From: an uncultured Chloroflexia bacterium
GTDB lineage: Bacteria > Chloroflexota > Dormibacteria > Aeolococcales > Aeolococcaceae
NCBI GenBank assembly: GCA_963793875.1
Contig: CAWCBS010000014.1
Location: forward strand, 90,088-154,087
Length of the DNA: 64,000 bases
Reading direction: 5' to 3'
Shown here: piece by piece, positions 19,393 through 28,238 of the stretch
Numbering within the stretch: position 1 is the stretch's first letter
How the letters are laid out: each line of letters starts with the position of its first letter
Notes under the pieces: model-generated
What the model saw: only the letters and a program-made list of their open reading frames with translations
What the model was told of the DNA's origin: nothing
The model's database searches: none
Made by a program: the position numbers and the translations under genes

Positions 19393-20547
19393 GTGATGAC
19401 CGTCGCCATCCGCGAGGCCGCTCCCGCGGTCGTCCCCGACGACCCCTTCGCCGTCCTTCCTCATGGTGCCGTGGTGGCGGTGGCCATGTCGGGTGGGGTG
19501 GACAGCAGCGTGGCCGCCGCCCGCTGCGTGACCCGCGGTGTCGAGACCTTCGGGGTGACCCTGGCTATGTGGCCGGGCGACCGGGAGCAGGTCAGGGACC
19601 GCGGATGCTGTTCCATCGACGCCGTCGAGGACGCGCGGCGGGTGGCCAACCGGCTGGGGATCCGCCACCTCACCTGGAATCTCGAGAGCGAGTTCTCGGC
19701 GCAGGTCATCGCCGGCTTCGAGGCCGACTACGCGGCCGGCCGGACGCCCAACCCCTGCGTGCGCTGCAATCAGCAGGTCAAGTTCGGCGTGCTCCTGGCG
19801 CGGGCCCGGGCCATCGGCGCGACCCACGTCGCCACCGGCCACTACGCGCGGATCGGTCGGCGCGCGCAGACCTGGACCCTGCACCGCGCCTGCGAGGCCG
19901 GCAAGGACCAGTCCTACACCCTCCACCGCCTCGACCAGGCCCAGCTCGGGGCCGCGCTCCTGCCCCTCGGCGACGTGGCGCGCAAGTCCGAGGTGCGCGC
20001 CGAGGCGGCCGCGCTCGGGCTGGTCACCGCCGCCAAGCCGGACTCCCAGGAGCTCTGCTTCGTCGGGGACGATCTGGCCGCCGACCTGGGCCGGCGTCTG
20101 GCCGGTCGCTTCCGGCCGGGGCCGATCGTGGATCGCGCCGGCCGCGTGTTGGGCGAGCACCGGGGCCTGCCCTTCTACACCGTCGGGCAGCGGAGCCGGC
20201 TGGGGATCCGGCCTGACCGTCCCGACGCCATCCCCCTCTACGTCCTGGAGCTCGACGCCGCCGCCAACCGGGTGGTGGTCGGAGCCGTGGCGGAGCTCCG
20301 GCGCAGCCGGTTGACCGCCGGAGACTGTCGCTGGGTGAGCGGCGCCCCCCCGGAGGATGGGACCGAGGTCCAGGCCCAGCTCCGGGCCCACGGCCGGGCC
20401 CATCCGGCCGAGGTGGTCGCCGCGGAGGGGCGCTCCGTGCAGCTGCGCTTCCCGGAGCCGGCCGGGCAGGCCGCGCCGGGCCAGGCGGTGGTCCTGTACC
20501 GGGGCGACGAGGTCATCGGCGGTGGGGTGGTGGAGGTGGCGGCCTGA
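19393..20547 (+). CDS. mnmA: tRNA-specific 2-thiouridylase
   Basis: PP-loop SGGVDSS, followed by …NPCVRCN… and …GHYAR…, a typical MnmA pattern. Confidence 0.85.
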   Translation: MMTVAIREAAPAVVPDDPFAVLPHGAVVAVAMSGGVDSSVAAARCVTRGVETFGVTLAMWPGDREQVRDRGCCSIDAVEDARRVANRLGIRHLTWNLESEFSAQVIAGFEADYAAGRTPNPCVRCNQQVKFGVLLARARAIGATHVATGHYARIGRRAQTWTLHRACEAGKDQSYTLHRLDQAQLGAALLPLGDVARKSEVRAEAAALGLVTAAKPDSQELCFVGDDLAADLGRRLAGRFRPGPIVDRAGRVLGEHRGLPFYTVGQRSRLGIRPDRPDAIPLYVLELDAAANRVVVGAVAELRRSRLTAGDCRWVSGAPPEDGTEVQAQLRAHGRAHPAEVVAAEGRSVQLRFPEPAGQAAPGQAVVLYRGDEVIGGGVVEVAA

Positions 20548-20927
20548 TGGCGCCCGCCTGGTATCAGATCGTGCTTGCCGCGCTGGCCGTGGTGGTCGGC
20601 TGCGTCGTGTCGGCGTACAGCTTCTGGATCGCCGTCCGGCACCGCAACGCGCTCTTCCACGTGATCGGGGTGGGGGCGGCGCTCTTCGTTGTCGGGCTGG
20701 TCGGGGAGCGCAACGTGGTGGCCGGGACGGGGCGGCCGGGGAGCGTCTGGGACCTCTCCATCAAGATTCCCCTGGTTCCCCTCTACGTGGATGCGGTGAC
20801 CATCGCCGGCGTGATCATCGCCCTCCTCGGGTTCAGCCTGGTGCTCTTCCTGGAGCGGGTCGTGCCACCTGACCAGCGCTGGCAACCGCCTTCCCCACGC
20901 GACCTGGAGGAGGACGACTCGGTCTGA
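20547..20927 (+). CDS. Hypothetical small membrane protein (3 predicted TM helices)
   Basis: Hydrophobic segments. Its start overlaps the mnmA stop codon. Confidence 0.45.
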   Translation: MAPAWYQIVLAALAVVVGCVVSAYSFWIAVRHRNALFHVIGVGAALFVVGLVGERNVVAGTGRPGSVWDLSIKIPLVPLYVDAVTIAGVIIALLGFSLVLFLERVVPPDQRWQPPSPRDLEEDDSV

Positions 20928-21034
20928 ATCAATGGGGGGGCCTGTCCCCACCGGTACAATCTCGCGGCGATGTCCCGGCCCCGACGCCCTCCCGCCTCTC
21001 CCCTCCGCCGCGAGCCCCTCGGCGCCGGGCGCCC

Positions 21035-21631
21035 ATGAGCGCCGCCGGCTTTTACATCGCGGCGGTCCTGGTGGTGCTGAGCTGCGCTGCCGCCGTGGGC
21101 CTGCGAGGCGCACGCCAGTCGGCGGTGGCGGGCGTTGCGGTGGCCGTCTCGATCGGCATCTTCCTGGTGGTGGGCCATGAGTACCTGCTCGCCCTGCTGG
21201 AGGTCGTTGTCCTCCTGGCAACCCTCGGAACCGTGGTGGAGATGAGCCGCCGCGGAGCCTTCGGCCCCCAGGTGAGCCCGCTTCCCTTCGGCCGCTGGCT
21301 CGCCGCGGCAGGCCTCGCGGTGCTGGCGCTGGTGGTCCTCGACGGGACCGCCCTCGCCGCCGGCAGTGGATGGCACAAGACCGGGATCGAGGCGGCCCTG
21401 AGCAGCGTCCTCAACCACCAGGCGCCGGTGACCACCGGACTGCTGGTGGTGGTCGGCGTCGCCGCCGTCCTGGTCGCGCTGGCGATCGGGCGCACCGACC
21501 CCGACGAGGCCGAGCACGTCGAGCGCCGCCGGGCCCGTCAGGAGCGGGAGGCCAGGATGCTGCGCCGGCGCGAGGATCGCGCCGCCGCCCGCGCCAAGCG
21601 CGAACCCGCCAACCCCGGAGGCGGCGGATGA
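21035..21631 (+). CDS. nuoJ: NADH-quinone oxidoreductase subunit J
   Basis: NuoJ-like hydrophobic N-terminus and a charged C-terminal tail. Followed by nuoK-N. Confidence 0.75.
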   Translation: MSAAGFYIAAVLVVLSCAAAVGLRGARQSAVAGVAVAVSIGIFLVVGHEYLLALLEVVVLLATLGTVVEMSRRGAFGPQVSPLPFGRWLAAAGLAVLALVVLDGTALAAGSGWHKTGIEAALSSVLNHQAPVTTGLLVVVGVAAVLVALAIGRTDPDEAEHVERRRARQEREARMLRRREDRAAARAKREPANPGGGG

Positions 21632-21954
21632 GCATCGGGCCCGGCCAGGTCGCCATCCTGAGCGGCATCGTCTTCGCCATCGGGGCCTTCGGCCTGGTGA
21701 GCCGGCGCGATGCCTTGGGGCTGCTGACCAGCCTCGCCATCCTCCTGCTCGCGTCGGTGATCGCATTCGCCGGCTTCACCGCGGTCCGCGGCGGCATCCT
21801 CGGGCCACCTCAGGGGGAGGTCGTTGCCCTCGCCGCCCTGGTGGTCTGTGCTGCCGAGATCCTCATCGGCGCCGCCCTGGTCGCTCTCCTGCGACGCCGC
21901 CGGGAGAGCCTGGACACCGACGAATACGTCGACGTCGAGGCGGAACCCCGCTGA
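21628..21954 (+). CDS. nuoK: NADH-quinone oxidoreductase subunit K
   Basis: 108 aa with 3 TM helices. ATGA overlap with nuoJ. A Glu in the second TM helix is conserved in NuoK. Confidence 0.8.
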   Translation: MSIGPGQVAILSGIVFAIGAFGLVSRRDALGLLTSLAILLLASVIAFAGFTAVRGGILGPPQGEVVALAALVVCAAEILIGAALVALLRRRRESLDTDEYVDVEAEPR

Positions 21955-23978
21955 TGTACGCGTACGCCTGGGCCATCCTGCTGCTCCCGCTGGGCGGCCT
22001 CGCCTTCTCCTTCGTCGCCGAGACGCCGCGGCGTGCAGCTCAGGTCTGCATGGGCTTCATGGGTGCGGCGCTGGTCATGGCCCTGATCGTGCTCGGCTAC
22101 CGCCTGGCCCACGAGACGGTCAGCGTCACCCCCAACTTCTCCACCCTCAACTTCCTCTCGCTCAACCCGGACCCGAGCGAGACCACCACCTTTCCGGCGA
22201 CGTTCCAGGTTACGGTCGGGGTGCGGGTCGACAACCTGAGTGCGAGCTTCATGGCTCTGATCCCCGTCCTGGTCCTCGCCGTCCAGGGGCTCGGCACCGC
22301 CATGCTGGAGCGTGACGCCGGCTACCGCCGCTTCTTCTGGGCGTCGTCGCTCCTCGCCGCGGCGATGATCGCGGTGGTCGCCAGCCCTGGCCTCTTCCAG
22401 CTGTGGCTGGGGCTGGGGGTGGGGACCGCGACCACCCTGGTGCTCGCCCTCCACTGGTGGCACCGGTCCGACACCGGCGCGGTCGCCCGGCGCGCCTTCA
22501 TGGTGCTCGCCGGGGCGGACGTCGTCCTCCTGCTGGCGATGGCCTTCGTGGTCGACAAGCTCGGTGCCTTCATCGGCCTCGAGACGGTCCCGTCCTCCGG
22601 AGCCTTCGACATCACCGACTTCCGGCTCCTCGACCCCGCCTGGAAAGCCGCGGCCCACTGGACCGTCGCCGGTCTCGGCTACCGCAGCCTGGTGATCTTC
22701 ACCGGCCTCCTGGTGGTCGCCGCCCTGGTGCGGGCGGCGCAGCTCCCCTTCACCGGATGGCTGTCCGGACTTCGTGAGGCTCCGCTGCCGGTGCTCGGCG
22801 CCATCTCGATCTCACTGCTCGGCGGGGTGGTTCTGCTCGCCCGGGTCTACCAGCTGCTGATGGTCACCGCCCACGCCCTCAGCGTCGTTGCGGTGATCGG
22901 GGCCCTCACCGCGGTCTGCCTGAGCGCAGCCTGCCTCGGGGCCAAGGACATCTACCGGCTCGCCCTGCTCTCCGCGTCCGCGCAGATGGCCCTGGCCATC
23001 ACCGCCCTCGGCGCCGGGGGCTACAGCGACGGTCTGCTCATCGCCTTCGTCAGCGCGCCCCTCGGCCTGCTGCTGCTGGTCACCGCGGGCAGCCTGGCCC
23101 GCGCCTACCGCACCCGGGAGATCGCCTCCATGAGCGGGGCCTGGCGCCGGATGCGCCGCACCAGCCTGAGCCTCGGCCTCTGGGCGGTGGCCGCCGGCGG
23201 GCTCGACCTGGTCGGCTACGACGTCGTCTCGACGGTCTTCCTCAACCACTTCCCGAACGGCGGCCATATGGCCGCCTGGATCCAGGCCCTGGTCGCCGTG
23301 CTGGCCATCGTCGCTCTGCTGCTGACCGCCGTATACGCCGTCCGCCTGGTCGCCAAGGTCTGCGCGGGAGCGCCGGTGGCCCGCCGCGGCTTCGCGGTGG
23401 AGCGGCTCGCCGAGGCCGAGCCGCGGCTGCGGGCGCTGCAGGGGTGGTCCGCCGCCGCCACCGTGGTGGCGGTGCTGATCGGCCTGCCCGGCATCGCCGG
23501 CATCGGGCAGGGCAAGGGCCGGGTGCCGGCGCTCACCTTCAGCCGCTGGATCTACTTCGGGAGCAGTCATCAGGCCCTTCCCCTGAGCGGGGCGGCCCTG
23601 GGGGTCGCGGCGGCCGTGCTCCTGATGGGGGGCGCGGCTGGAGTCGCGGTCACCCGCCTCGGGGGGGTGCGCCTCTGGAGCCGGCTCCGGATCCCGGCCG
23701 TCGCCGCGGCGGCGCCGGCGGCGGTGCGCTGGGCGGCCCGCCTCGGTGCCCGAGCCGCAGACACCCTGGCGGGTGAGGTGGTGGCGCTCGACCACGGGCT
23801 GGTCGAGCCGCTCTACGACTCTCCGGGGGAGGGGGTGGAGACCCTCGCCTGGTCCCTGAACCGGGTGCGGGTGCGGAGGCTGCGGATCGGGCTCGGGGTG
23901 GCCCTGGTCATCGTCCTGCTCCTCGTGGGCGCCAGCGTCCTGGCCGCCGGCGGCCATCTTCCGGTGCACACCACATGA
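21954..23978 (+). CDS. nuoL: NADH-quinone oxidoreductase subunit L
   Basis: 674-aa antiporter-like subunit with a long C-terminal extension. Confidence 0.8.
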   Translation: MYAYAWAILLLPLGGLAFSFVAETPRRAAQVCMGFMGAALVMALIVLGYRLAHETVSVTPNFSTLNFLSLNPDPSETTTFPATFQVTVGVRVDNLSASFMALIPVLVLAVQGLGTAMLERDAGYRRFFWASSLLAAAMIAVVASPGLFQLWLGLGVGTATTLVLALHWWHRSDTGAVARRAFMVLAGADVVLLLAMAFVVDKLGAFIGLETVPSSGAFDITDFRLLDPAWKAAAHWTVAGLGYRSLVIFTGLLVVAALVRAAQLPFTGWLSGLREAPLPVLGAISISLLGGVVLLARVYQLLMVTAHALSVVAVIGALTAVCLSAACLGAKDIYRLALLSASAQMALAITALGAGGYSDGLLIAFVSAPLGLLLLVTAGSLARAYRTREIASMSGAWRRMRRTSLSLGLWAVAAGGLDLVGYDVVSTVFLNHFPNGGHMAAWIQALVAVLAIVALLLTAVYAVRLVAKVCAGAPVARRGFAVERLAEAEPRLRALQGWSAAATVVAVLIGLPGIAGIGQGKGRVPALTFSRWIYFGSSHQALPLSGAALGVAAAVLLMGGAAGVAVTRLGGVRLWSRLRIPAVAAAAPAAVRWAARLGARAADTLAGEVVALDHGLVEPLYDSPGEGVETLAWSLNRVRVRRLRIGLGVALVIVLLLVGASVLAAGGHLPVHTT

Positions 23979-25516
23979 GCTTCCTCGCCCAGACCACGAC
24001 CACCACGAGCGGCGTGACCTTCCCGACGCTCGTCGTCACGGCCATGGTGTGGAGCGCACTGGTCTTCGCCCTGGTGGTGCTCCTCCTCCCCGAGCAGTCT
24101 CGGGAGCAGCGGGCTCGGATCAAGTCGCTGGGCACCTCGGGGGCCTCCGCCGCCCTCTTCTTCGCCATCTGGGCCTTGGAGAGCCAGATCGCCGACGTCG
24201 CCCTGGGCACGGGGGGCCGTCCCGCTGGCGACCTGCTGGAGCAGCACAACTGGTTGGTCTCGTTCCCGATCGCCTCGAGCTACCACCTCGACGTGGACGG
24301 GCTCGGACTGGCGCTGCTGACCATGGTGGCGGTGGTCTTCTTCTGCACCTCGCTGGCGGCGTGGCGGAACGACCGTCACGTCAAGCTGCTGACCGTCTCC
24401 CTGCTCACCCTGGAGACCGCGGCCCTGGGGGTCCTCGTCTCCTACGACTGGGTGCTCTTCCTCCTCTTCTGGACCCTCCCCGTGGTTCCGGTGTACCTCC
24501 TGATCCGGGCCTTCGGCCACGGGCATCGAGTCCGTGCCGGCGAGCGCTACGCCGCCGTGACCCTGGTCTCCACCGCCCTGCTCACGCTCGCCGCCGCCCT
24601 GATCGCCTTCCAGAGCGGGCAGCACTCCTTCGACATGGGCGCCGTGCCGGTGTCGCTGCACGGCTCGGGCGACCAGGTTGCCTTCTGGCTGATCACCGGG
24701 GCCTCCCTGCTGGTCATGGCCGTGGTGCCCCTCCACGGTGCCCTGCTCGACCTCGAGGAGGACAGCACCGGCGTGCTCTCGGTCGTCTTCGCGGCGATCC
24801 TCCCCAGCCTGGGCGCCTACGGCCTCATCCACGTCGCGGTCGGCCTCTTCCCCACGGTGGGGGCGCACTACTCGCTCCTCTTCGCGGGCCTCGCCGTGGT
24901 GACGGTGGTGTGGGCAGGGCTCGCCGCGCTGCGGGCCGACGACCTGCGTCGCCTCATCGGGCACGTCGGGACCGTGATGATGGGGGTCGTGCTGCTCGGC
25001 GTCGCCGGCCACACCACGGTGTCGGTGACCGGGATCATGTTCCTGCTGATCGCCCGGGGCCTGGTGGTGGCAATCCTCATGCTGCTGACCTCCGCCATCC
25101 AGGAGCGCACCCGGCGGGTGCGCATCTCCCAGCTCGGCGGGCTGGCGTGGCAGGCGCCGTATCTGGCGGCGTTCTGGCTCGCCGCCGCCCTCACCGCGGC
25201 CGGGCTGCCCCTGCTCGCGGGTTTCAGCGGCGACTTCCTCATCTTCACGGGGTCGTTCCCGGCCCACCGCTGGGCGACCACCGTGGTGCTCGCGGGCACG
25301 CTCGTGACCGGGGGGGTCCTGCTCTGGGCCGCCCAGCGGATCTTCCTCGGCAGCTCCCGTGACGTCTTCGTCCGGGTGCGCGACGTCGGGCCCCTGGAGG
25401 TCACCTTCCTCGGCGTCCTGCTCGCGGTGATCGTGATCATCGGGGTCGTCCCCGGCCACTTCGCGGGGCTGTTCCTGAACGGGGCCTCGTACATCCTCTT
25501 CCCGGGGACGAGCTGA
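23975..25516 (+). CDS. nuoM: NADH-quinone oxidoreductase subunit M
   Basis: 513-aa antiporter-like subunit. Overlaps nuoL. Confidence 0.8.
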   Translation: MSFLAQTTTTTSGVTFPTLVVTAMVWSALVFALVVLLLPEQSREQRARIKSLGTSGASAALFFAIWALESQIADVALGTGGRPAGDLLEQHNWLVSFPIASSYHLDVDGLGLALLTMVAVVFFCTSLAAWRNDRHVKLLTVSLLTLETAALGVLVSYDWVLFLLFWTLPVVPVYLLIRAFGHGHRVRAGERYAAVTLVSTALLTLAAALIAFQSGQHSFDMGAVPVSLHGSGDQVAFWLITGASLLVMAVVPLHGALLDLEEDSTGVLSVVFAAILPSLGAYGLIHVAVGLFPTVGAHYSLLFAGLAVVTVVWAGLAALRADDLRRLIGHVGTVMMGVVLLGVAGHTTVSVTGIMFLLIARGLVVAILMLLTSAIQERTRRVRISQLGGLAWQAPYLAAFWLAAALTAAGLPLLAGFSGDFLIFTGSFPAHRWATTVVLAGTLVTGGVLLWAAQRIFLGSSRDVFVRVRDVGPLEVTFLGVLLAVIVIIGVVPGHFAGLFLNGASYILFPGTS

Positions 25517-26997
25517 TGGCCGAGCCGAACGGAGCCGCATTGTTCGCGGCCACCCTGCCGACCGTGCTGCTGGTGGCCCTCGCGGGAGTGACCGCCCTGA
25601 TCGGCTGGGCGCGTCCCGGGCTGCCGGCCTCCTTCCATCGCTGGCTCAGCTCGATCGGGCTGCTCGGGGCCGGCGTCGCTGCCGTCATCAACCTGGACGG
25701 GCTCACCCACACCCACGGTCTCGGCCTGGCCGCGTACGCAGGGGCGGTGGTGGCGGACCGGCTGGGGGTGTTCGCGGTGCTCCTTCTCTGTGCCACGGGC
25801 CTGGTGGCGGGCCTGACCAGCGGTGCCGCCGCACCCCGTCTCGGCCCCCGCCTCCCCGCCTTCCACGCCCTCGTCCTCACCGCCACCGCGGGCGGGACGA
25901 TCATCGCCGTCCAGTGGGAGATGGGGATGCTGGTGGTGGGGCTCGCCCTCCTGGTCATCAGCCTGGTCGGGCTGGTGGCGCTGGAGAAGACCGCCGAGGC
26001 GCCCGGCGAGGTCGCCCTCCGCACGCTGGCAGGCGGAGGCGTGGCGCTCGCCCTCCTGCTCTACGGTCTGGCCATCGTCTACGGCGCGACCGGGAGCACC
26101 GACCTCGCCGCCACCGGCGGTCTGCTCGTTCATGCCGGCCCGCTGGAGGGCCTCGGCCTCGCTCTCACCGTCCTCGGCCTCGCCTACCTGGTGGGGGCGC
26201 CGCCGCTTCACCGCTGGGTGCTCCAGGTCGCGTCGGCCAGCAACGGCGCGGTCGCCGGGGCAGTCGTCAGCCTGGCCGCCGCGGCCGGGGGCATCGCCCT
26301 GGTCCGGGTCATGGTCAGCGGCTTCGGCACCGGCCTGCGCCCGTGGGTGGTCCTGGCCGCCGTCCTGGGGGTGGCCGCCTGCCTCTACCCGGCCCTGCTC
26401 AGCCTGGCGGCGGGCGGCCTCCGCCGCCTGATCGGGCTCGGCGCCTGCCTTCAGGGCGGCCTCCTGCTCACCGCCCTGATCGCGGGCGGCGTCGGCGGCG
26501 ACTACAAGCCGGCGGGCGGGGTGACCGCGCTCCTCTTCGCGCTGGTCATCTTCGTCCTCTCCGTTCAGGCCAGCTTCCAGGCGGTGGCCCGGCTGGACAT
26601 CGACGGCATCGGCACCTCCTTCGCCGACGTGCGCGGGCTGTCGCGGCGCTCACCCACCACCGCGGTGCTGCTCTGCCTGGGGCTGGCCGGGCTGGCCGGC
26701 CTGCCGCCTCTGGCCGGGTTCGTGGCCCGGATCCTGATCGCCGAGTCGGCCGTCGCGGCCGGCTACGCGTGGGTGGCGGCGGCGAGCGTGGCGGCCTCGG
26801 TCATCTACGCGATCCCGGTCGTCCGGTGGATGGCGGCCGTCCTCGTCGAGGACGACGAGCAGCCCGCCGTGGTGCCCGAGACGCCCCGGCTGGCGGCGCT
26901 GGTCGGGGCGGCGTGCGCCGGCTTCGGGGTGGCGGCCACCGTGGTGGCCGGGCCGCTCCTCTACGCGGCCAACCAGGCGGCCACCGCCCTGCGCTGA
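25516..26997 (+). CDS. nuoN: NADH-quinone oxidoreductase subunit N
   Basis: 493-aa antiporter-like subunit, the last gene of the nuo cluster. Confidence 0.8.
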   Translation: MAEPNGAALFAATLPTVLLVALAGVTALIGWARPGLPASFHRWLSSIGLLGAGVAAVINLDGLTHTHGLGLAAYAGAVVADRLGVFAVLLLCATGLVAGLTSGAAAPRLGPRLPAFHALVLTATAGGTIIAVQWEMGMLVVGLALLVISLVGLVALEKTAEAPGEVALRTLAGGGVALALLLYGLAIVYGATGSTDLAATGGLLVHAGPLEGLGLALTVLGLAYLVGAPPLHRWVLQVASASNGAVAGAVVSLAAAAGGIALVRVMVSGFGTGLRPWVVLAAVLGVAACLYPALLSLAAGGLRRLIGLGACLQGGLLLTALIAGGVGGDYKPAGGVTALLFALVIFVLSVQASFQAVARLDIDGIGTSFADVRGLSRRSPTTAVLLCLGLAGLAGLPPLAGFVARILIAESAVAAGYAWVAAASVAASVIYAIPVVRWMAAVLVEDDEQPAVVPETPRLAALVGAACAGFGVAATVVAGPLLYAANQAATALR

Positions 26998-27359
26998 GCC
27001 CGCGGCCGTGGCTCCGCGCGGAGCGGCCGCGGTGGCGGCGGGTTGAGGATGCCGCGTCACCCAGCGACGAGCGTGCGCCGGCCCCGGTCGATGGCTCCTG
27101 GTCGCCCTGGCCTGGCCGGCGGCGATACTGGGCCGCTGCTTTCACGTGGCGCTGCAACCGCCGCCGTCCCCAACTTCACCCACCATCGGCTGGGGCCGGG
27201 TGCGGCGGCCGCGTCCGTGGCCCGGTACAATGGGTCACGGTCGCGCTAGACGGGGAGCCAGCGGTGCCCTGTACCCGCAATCCGCTATAGCGGGGTCGAA
27301 TTCCCCACCGAGGGGGCGCGTCGCCGGGTCCGCTCCGACCTCTCCGGTGTTGATGGTTG

Positions 27360-27464
27360 GGTCCTGCGCAGCCCGGGCCCGTGAACCGCGTCAGGTCCGG
27401 AAGGAAGCAGCGCTAAGCGGTCCCCCGGGGGTGCCGCAGTCAACCTGGCCTGAGCCGGGGGACC
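27360..27464 (+). ncRNA. ffs: Signal recognition particle RNA (small 4.5S-type)
   Basis: Exact match to the conserved helix-8 motif GUCAGGUCCGGAAGGAAGCAGC at 27391-27412. Terminal pairing ggtcc…ggacc. It lies upstream of dnaX-ybaB-recR, the usual neighbourhood. The ends are approximate. Confidence 0.7.
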
Positions 27465-27654
27465 GGGTGAGCGCCGGTGCCGTGCCAACGACGTGGGGTG
27501 CGCGACTACTCCCCCTCCCGGGGCGGTGGGAGGCCACCCCCGCGGGCGGCCACAACCGGGCACCTTCGACCCGGCCGATCCGCTCACCGGTGGTCGCGCG
27601 GTTGCCGCCGCCGCCTCCGCCCGGCCGCCCGCCCCGCCAGGACGGGCCGGCCGA

Positions 27655-28164
27655 TCAGGACTGCCAGGGGGCTCCCGCCGCGCCCCGCTGGGGAAGGCTC
27701 CCGGGCTGGCGTGCCCGTGCCTGGACGACCAGCTGCTGTGCGCCCAGGGTGATGCCCATGTAGAGGAGAAGGGTGCTGTCGCTGATGTCGGCCAGCGCCC
27801 CGACCAGCGCATGGATCCCGACGCCGACGATCCAGAGCGCCATGGTGAGCCAGGTCCCCTGACGGAGCACCGCGTCGCCGCTCCGCCAGAGGCGCACGGT
27901 GAGGGCGCGGACCGCGCCCAGCCCCGCCGCGTCGCCCACCAGGAGGGCTACCAGGATCGCCAGCCGGCCCGGGGAGCCCAGCCCGCTGGGGCCTCCGCCG
28001 GAGATGGTGACCGCTCCCAGGACGATCAGCACCAGGGGAAGGGCGAAGTTCGCCCGCACCGGTCGCACCTGGAGCTGCCGGTACATGAGGAGAGCCAGCA
28101 CCGCCAGGGAAACCGCGATGCTGAGCACCGTGGTCTGGGTCTGGGCGGCCGTCGCAGCGAGCAT
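27655..28164 (-). CDS. Hypothetical integral membrane protein
   Basis: 169 aa with 4-5 hydrophobic helices. It occupies the gap between ffs and dnaX. Confidence 0.5.
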   Translation of the reverse strand: MLAATAAQTQTTVLSIAVSLAVLALLMYRQLQVRPVRANFALPLVLIVLGAVTISGGGPSGLGSPGRLAILVALLVGDAAGLGAVRALTVRLWRSGDAVLRQGTWLTMALWIVGVGIHALVGALADISDSTLLLYMGITLGAQQLVVQARARQPGSLPQRGAAGAPWQS

Positions 28165-28238
28165 GGTGCGAGTCTAAAGGGGAGGGACCCGTCGCCCCGG
28201 GCCCGCCCGGGTGGGCGGGTCGGCTATCGTCGGCGGAC

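Noticed and set aside
18007-20403. 798-aa minus-strand ORF
   Set aside because: It is antisense to the FAH hydrolase, the ThiS-like gene and mnmA, all of which carry clear family signatures. The translation is Gly/Arg/Pro-rich junk.
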